DNA from: Octopus vulgaris
Lineage: Eukaryota
DNA: 64,000 nucleotides
Assembly (NCBI GenBank): GCA_951406725.2
Contig: OX597815.1
Location: 151,094,001-151,158,000 of the forward strand
Reading direction: 5' to 3'
Of this stretch, positions 57,107 to 64,000 are shown in pieces. Positions within the stretch are counted from its first letter, which is position 1, and every line of letters begins with the position of its first letter. Made by a program: the position numbers and the translations under genes. The notes beneath the pieces are model-generated. The model saw nothing but the letters and a program-made list of their open reading frames with translations. It made no database searches and was not told the origin of the DNA.

Positions 57107-57633
57107 CATAGGAAAAGGAAGGATCCAAGGAAGGGAAGACAGAGGAAAAAAAATCGCCAATGATACACACACGGTCACATATTGAATGAATACATGCATG
57201 CATGCACTAGGGCGTATATTCCAGGTCTGCTAGGTGTGTGCTAAACAAGCACCCATCGAAAATGGCAAATTCATTATAAATATTCACCAAGAATAGTGTA
57301 TTTTTGTTTGTTTGTTTCTTTCTTTTTTATCTTTGTATGTATGTGTGTAGGTATATATGTATGTATGTCACTTCTATTTTTCAATTATTATAAATCTTCC
57401 ACTGAGGAAGGAGCTGGTTTCCGACAGAGATACAAGGCTCCATCTTTGGGATGTAGTTAACACAGACAAATTCACATTTGGAACTTGAGAAAAGTTTTGC
57501 TGTCTTTGTATGTCATTATTCAGTTTATTTCAAGATTTCTTGCCAATAGAGGAAGAACTGGTTTCTGATCTAGATCCAAATCTCCTTCATTGGAATTTCA
57601 ACATCAACAACAGGGTAAGTATGTATGTATGTA

Positions 57634-57668
<35 letters not shown>

Positions 57669-57719
57669 ACAGGTTTGTATATTTTTGTATGTATTCTCAT
57701 GCATATAGTTGCGTATCTA

Positions 57720-58082
57720 GACATGCCCATATATATTTAAATGATAAACCTCTGGAAAGTTTTACAGATGTTTACAGTTCCAGTGATGGATTGGATCTGT
57801 AGTCTTTGAATTCGCTTTCTCCTTTCTGGTCCTCAAAAGCACAATTTCTCAAGATTGATATTTAGGCAGTGTGTTACATATTCCAGGGCCCCAATAATTA
57901 CATATATAAACCTGAACTTGTAATCTGGATAGAATAACTGCAGATTTCTCAATAGTTCAACAACATAGGTGTTCTCTTTTTCACTGATCTTCAGCTTTAT
58001 ATTAACATCCGCTGGGCAGCTAATTTCCACAACTGTGCACAGTTTCTCTTCTCTATCCCAAATCATTATATCAGGTCTGTTG
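57720..58082 (-). mobile_element. RLE endonuclease fragment of an R4/NeSL-type non-LTR element
   Basis: NRPDIMIWD..VEISCPADVNI..EKENTY..L..IIGAL. Confidence 0.85.
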
Positions 58083-58300
58083 TATGTATGTGTGTACGTA
58101 TGTATGTATGTATGTATGTGTGTATCATGTATAAACTTGTGTAACAATTGTGTAGACATAACAAGAAATCAAACATGTCACCTACAGATTTTCTCAAAGA
58201 GCAACAAGCCACTTGCAGTTCAATAATAATGATACATATATCATATGTATGTTGGTGGACTCCTAAAGTATCAGAGGCAAGGTAAGACATTGCCCCCCTC

Positions 58301-58336
<36 letters not shown>

Positions 58337-59159
58337 AAGTCCCACATGTAAAGAACACTTCAAATATTCAAATGTACACACACACACACAACCAATGCCT
58401 GAAGTGAGCAAACAATGAAATCAGCTGTTGAAGAATATCCTCCTGACAACTCTTCAAACTGGCATTGATCTTGTCACTAATAATGGTTTAGTGAAGTTCA
58501 GACAAGAGGAGGGAGGGAGGGAGGAAAACAATAAAGGAAGGAGAGAGAAAGGTATGAAAGATAGACAGACTGAGACAGAGAGAGGAAGAGGGGGAGAGGA
58601 AGAACGGAACAAATGAAGGACACAAAAACCAGCAGACAGAAGTAAAGAAAGAAAGAAAGATAGAAAGAAAGAACGAATGAAGGAAAAAGAAAGAAATGAG
58701 GAAGAAACAAACAAAAAAAATGACAAACAAATATAAAGCACTTCCAGGCTGGAATAATAATGGTGTTGTTAGAGAATGAGGGGGTATAGAAAGAGAATGA
58801 GAAATCTGATTGAGAGGAAATTTTTCAGTGAAACTGTGCGTCTGTCTGAGAAAACATTGTCTTGACCTTGCAAGAACTTTATATTCCTGGTGGAATTAGA
58901 CCAGAACAGAATGGAAGAGAAGAGAATAGGATGGAATGGAATGGAACAGAATAGAAAAGAATTGAAGAGAATGGAATGGTATGGAACAGAATGGATGATA
59001 ATGTGGAATAAAAGAGAATATTTCAAAGAGTGCATACAATATTCTACACTCTACAAAAAACATGAATAAATAATGTTACTAAATGTATTCTAAATATGAA
59101 GGATTGTTACATATTTTTATTATCATCATCATCATTATTATTATTATTATTATTATCAT

Positions 59160-59348
59160 TAAGGTGGTGAGCTGGTAGAATTCTTAGCGGTATTTTCTCC
59201 ATCGCACATTCTGAATTCAAATTCCACCAAGATTGGTTTTACTTTTCATCCTTTCGGGGTCAATAAATTAAGTACCAGTGAAACACTAGGGTCGATGTAA
59301 TCAACTTAATCCCCTCCCACAAGCTGCGCTTGTGGCAAAAATTTGAAA

Positions 59349-59350
<2 letters not shown>
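59160..59350 (+). mobile_element. SINE family B between (ATT)n runs
   Basis: Family B block. Confidence 0.8.
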
Positions 59351-59388
<38 letters not shown>

Positions 59389-59544
59389 TATTTTTTACTG
59401 TTAATATGCATGTGTGTGTTACAGTCACTTGCCAAGACACACCCAGTGTCCTGGGGTGAGTGAAAGATAAGAGATGTTACAATATGACTGAAAGCTTGGG
59501 GAGGGGAGGTAGTGAAATATCTTCATGTAATACAACACAGACAT

Positions 59545-60440
59545 TTAAATGGATAGGGTTTTTTCTAAGGATGTTGGCAATATTTGTCAGCACAATCATT
59601 TGGATTTCTCTGAGTCATGGTTCTCCTGGGATCTTATCTAGATGTTTCTGACATCCCTTTTTTATCATACCTAGGGCACATATAATAACAGGAACAGGTC
59701 TCACTTTAAGATGCCACATCTTTTGTATTTCAATTTCCAGATCCTTGTATTTACTTAATGTATCAAATTCCTTGACAGATATATTTTTATCAGTGGGAAC
59801 ACTTACATCTATTAGTCTACAAGGATTTTCTTCCCTGTCTTTAATAATTAATAATGTCTGGTCAATTAGCCTGGATCGTTGTCAGTGTTGACTGGAAAAT
59901 CAAAGAGGATAGTGACATTTTTACCTTCAACAACTGACTTGGAATAATGTTCATACCAGTAAACAGGAGTTCTGATTTTGTAGTGTTTACATATTTTCCA
60001 ATGTAAATATTGTCCTACCCTATCATAGCAATTTTTATATTCGTCTGGTGTCAGCACAGACAATACCAAGACAAGATTTAGGATCAGAACCATTTTGAAG
60101 AACATTAGCCTAGAAGATTTTTGTGAGTAAGCTTAGGTCTTGTGACGCCAATATGAAACCTTCAGTCTCTGCTTTCAGTCCTGAGCTTCTCAACCACTGA
60201 TGGGTTGTTGCTTGATCTACATCAGCATTTCAACTTCAAAGTATATACTGTCCATGCAGAGCCTTCTGGCTCCATCATTCCTCAATTTGTTTCTCCCCGT
60301 TCCTTTTTGAATTCTGCTTGAAACATTTTGCTTGTCTTGAGGCAGTGGTTTCAGGTTCTTCAACTATTTCAGGGTTAATGCCAAGTTCCCTTGTGAATTT
60401 GCAAGCTTCATTGACAATTGAATGTGACTTTGTGGTGCTT
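59545..60440 (-). mobile_element. Degenerate R4/Dong-type RLE non-LTR 3' fragment
   Basis: LRSSGLKAETEGF, YDRVGQYLHWKICKHY..WYEH..TILFDFPVNTD, KYKDLEIEIQKMWHLK..PVII.ALGM. Confidence 0.85.
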
Positions 60441-60831
60441 CTTATTATTATTCATATACACAGAACAAATTATACTGTTGGAAAAGAAAAATTCCTAAAA
60501 TCGGGCTACAACAAATAACCTTAGATACCAAGAACCCTCCCAAGTATCCTAGCTGTAACTAATAAAACTGTTAGGGACAACTCCCGTGGCTTTTATGGGT
60601 TTTTCCACGAGTAACCTTTCGAAGTGCCTCCCCCTATTGGGAGTTTTAATTGTTACTTATATTTCGTTGTCATCCTGCTTTTGTACACGGACTTTTTCAA
60701 ACAGACAAAACCCTTTGTAACTTTCGTCCTGGGTTTTGTCCCTTTATGTTTTAATTGATTTTCGTTAGCCCTTGTGGCCAATAAACAAACAAATTATTAT
60801 TGTTATTACTATTATTGTTATTATTATTATG

Positions 60832-60878
<47 letters not shown>

Positions 60879-62174
60879 GTGTTTGGCTTTTGCTTTGAGG
60901 TCTCACCCAGAGACCTCAAGTGATGACAAGTTAGAAGTTGGTGTTAAGACTAGGGTGCCATATATTTGGTTATACTCAGATATTGTTTTAGAGAATGTCT
61001 CTCAAAGCATAAGTAAATTAGAAATCATTGTTGTTGTTGTCGTAGTCTTCATTGTTGTTGTCGTCGTCACCATTAAGCTAGTAGAATTTCTGTGTGGTGT
61101 TTCAAAGATTCTATTTCAATGAGTCCATCCAATACTCTGGTGATTCTTCCAACACACTACCCTGGTGCTAAGCAACAGTTACAACAACAACAACAGTATT
61201 TATTCTCCATAAACGGAGAGCATTCATTCCAGCTGCTCTATTCTCACAATGTACACATGAAAGCAATGGTAAACTCGAAAAATAATTTTCAACATAGATG
61301 TCCATTCTTTCAGCTCCATAATGAAAACATTTATTCAAGATATACGAGCTGTACAACTAACACCAATTATTAGTGATCTCTTGAACTGTTTCTTTAAATC
61401 TCAGAATACATTTATACCCACTCTTCTACCATTTCCTTTCATCAGCACAGCTTTAAAACCTACCAAATGCAGTACTGTAATTATCGTTAGTGAATGTGAT
61501 AAATTTTTTTTTCCCTATTATATCAGCTTTTCACCAAAAGTATTCTTGGTGTGTTTTGTAACAGTTTTAACCATTTTCATTCAGTTGGATGTTTTTGGAT
61601 CGCAATTAGCTTTGACTGCCATCCAATATTTTTCCTTTAACCTACAGAATAATTACAGGGAAGATTTTCGCTTAACCATGCTTGATTCCATCTGCAGCAG
61701 TTCCACAGCAAATCAATTCTATATATCTCTCTTTTTCCTTTTTTATTTTTTTTTTTCTCGGCCATGCTTAATCACCTGCGCAGATGGCAATTACAGAATT
61801 CACAATCGCTTCAAATTTGGTACCAGCACATGAAAATCATTGATGCCTCTTGAGAATCTAAGTTCTCTTTAACAGTGAGAAATATTCCATGTTTTGCAGG
61901 TAGATTTTTTTTTATGTAAAGTAATAATGTAATTTGATCTTTGCATATTTGGAGGGGAGGGGGAAAGAGATATTGATGTTCTGGGACTAACCAGTTCCTT
62001 CAGACTAAATGTTAATTTTTTTTTTCTTTTGTTCTTAATTTGGTTGGCGATATTTCTCTTGAAAATGTGTCTATCACTCATTAGTCAGAGTCATTAGGCA
62101 ACTGAAAAGAAATTATGTATTTCTTACCACAATGATACACACACGGACAAACACACACACACATACATATGTAT

Positions 62175-62214
<40 letters not shown>

Positions 62215-62365
62215 AGGTTATGTGGTAAGAAGTTTGCTTCCCAACCAAATAGCTCTGGGTTCAATCCCACTGCATGGCACTGTGGGTAAATGTCTTCTAC
62301 TACAGCCTTGGACTGACCAAAGCCTTGTGAGTGGATTTGGTAAATGGAAACTAAAAGAAGCCCAT

Positions 62366-62407
<42 letters not shown>

Positions 62408-62679
62408 CTTGAGCCTTTGTGTCTGTGGTTGTCTTCTATACTGCTTGAGAACTGGCATTGGTGTGTTTATATCTCTGTAACTTAGCAGTTTGGCAAAAGG
62501 GACAGATAGAATAAAGTACTGGGGTCAATTCATTTGACTAAAATTCTTCAAGATGGTACCCCAGCATGGCCACAGTCTAATGACTGAAACAAGTAAAATA
62601 AAAATTATATATATATATAATCATCATCATCATTTAACGTCCACCTTCATCCACACTGCTATGCCCACATGTATATATA

Positions 62680-62739
<60 letters not shown>

Positions 62740-63330
62740 TCGAATGTGGTCAATGCCAGTGCCAGACTGGCTCCCATGCCGGTGGCACATAAAAAGCACT
62801 CGCTACACTCTCAGGGTGGTTGGTATTAGGAAGGGCATCCAGCTGTAGAAACAATGCCAGATCAGATTGGAGCCTAGTGCAGCCACTGGCTTTCCAGAGC
62901 TCAGTCAAACCATCCAACTCATGCTAGCATGGAAAACAGACGTTAAACAATGATGATGATGACGATGATGAAAGGCAAACTCGACCCTGGTGGAATTTGA
63001 ACACAGGCAGACGAAATATCACTAAGTATTTCACCCGGTGTGCTAACGTTTCTGCCATCTCGCCGCATTATCCAAATTTTTCGCTACCATTTCAAATATA
63101 GAGGAAAATAAATTCTTAGTTCCAATATGAATATATATCCTGTTTGGCATTCTCTAAGAAAAAGAAATAAATTTGGCACAGGTATGGCTGTGAGGTTAAG
63201 AAGCTGACTTTGAAATGAAGCAGTTGAAAGTTCAATCCCGTTGCATGGCATCTTGGACAATGTGCCTTTAACTGACCAGTGCCATGGAAATGAGATTTGG
63301 TAGATTGGAAACTGCTGAAAACTCACCACA
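62215..63330. mobile_element. SINE A (62215-62600), family C (62740-62970), SINE B and A fragments
   Basis: Family-diagnostic blocks. Confidence 0.75.
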
Positions 63331-63747
63331 CATGTGTGTGTATGTGTGTGGAAGGGGTACCAAACACACACACACACACTGTGTACAGTCTATTAAAGGT
63401 GTAACTCAGATCAGCTTAGCCAGTGAGGAAACAGAAATTTGACAAAAGGTGTATCAGGTCTAGAGTAATGAGATTGATGGAAGTAAAAAAAAAAACTCAC
63501 AAAGGTGGTGCCCTAGCATGGCCACAGACCTATCTCTAAAACTAATAAATCAGGAAATTAAACAGAACCTGGAGACTGTAAATCAATGGTTCTCAATCAG
63601 GGTCCAAATGGCTCTTGAGGGTCCACATAAAATTGGGGGGGGGGGTCTACATAACAAAATAAATAAATTGGGGGTTCACAATACTATTTTAAGGAATCCT
63701 GACAAATTTTTTATTTAAATGTATATATTGGTATGCATTGCAAGAAA

Positions 63748-64000
63748 CATCATCATTTAAAGTCTGTTGTCCATGCTGGCATGGGCTGGACAGTATGACC
63801 GGGGCTGGCAAGGCTGGAAGGCTGCACCAGACTCCAGTCTGATATGGCATGGTTTTCTACGGCTGGATGCCCTTCTTAATGCTTACCACTCCGAGAGTGT
63901 AGTGGATGCTTTTTATATGCCACTGGCACAGGTGCCATTTGCATGACACCAGTATTTGCCATGACTGCAATTTTGCTCAGCTTGATGAGTCTTCTTCTCA
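63748..64000 (-). mobile_element. Family C repeat running off the window end
   Basis: CATGCTGGCATGGG..GGCTGCACCAGACTCC..GGATGCCCTTC. Confidence 0.75.

Larger units (their letters stand above)
56121..57288. mobile_element. ~95 bp inverted repeats enclosing nested SINE, RTE and Penelope fragments
   Basis: 56121-56216 is inverted against 57195-57288 (GGTGAATATTTATAATGAATTTGCC.. / ..GGCAAATTCATTATAAATATTCACC). Confidence 0.75.

Noticed and set aside
57398-57445. CTGAGGA-A-GGAGC..GCTCC hammerhead-like start
   Set aside because: No GAAA or stem I/III follows.

Overview
Eukaryotic (animal) genomic DNA that is AT-rich and dominated by repeats. The microsatellite load and the SINE/LINE types suggest an octopus or other cephalopod (inference). 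No recognisable host gene is present, only weak minus-strand exon candidates. The first 22 kb is a nest of retroelements inserted into (TA)n/(TATACA)n arrays. It holds two 5'-truncated copies of one CR1-group LINE, a 3' fragment of a second family, and a probably full-length ~5.3 kb LINE (15959-21287). That LINE has an intact APE-RT ORF2 and an ORF1 with a Myb/SANT(trihelix)-like N-terminus plus a CCCH finger hidden by a 1-nt frameshift. The strongest unannotated signal is a recurrent Penelope-like module: (TA)n | inverted repeat | minimal type-I hammerhead ribozyme (HHR) with palindromic stem III | tail | (TA)n. About a dozen HHR-like motifs from unrelated sequence families were read by eye, including a pair inside a 2 kb near-perfect palindrome, a G3:C8 core-swap variant, and one next to a tRNA-like cassette and a GIY-YIG remnant. 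The rest of the window is SINE clusters, R4/Dong-type RLE remnants, a 5'-inverted RTE fragment, MITE-like pieces and simple repeats. All calls are by eye and boundaries are approximate unless stated.
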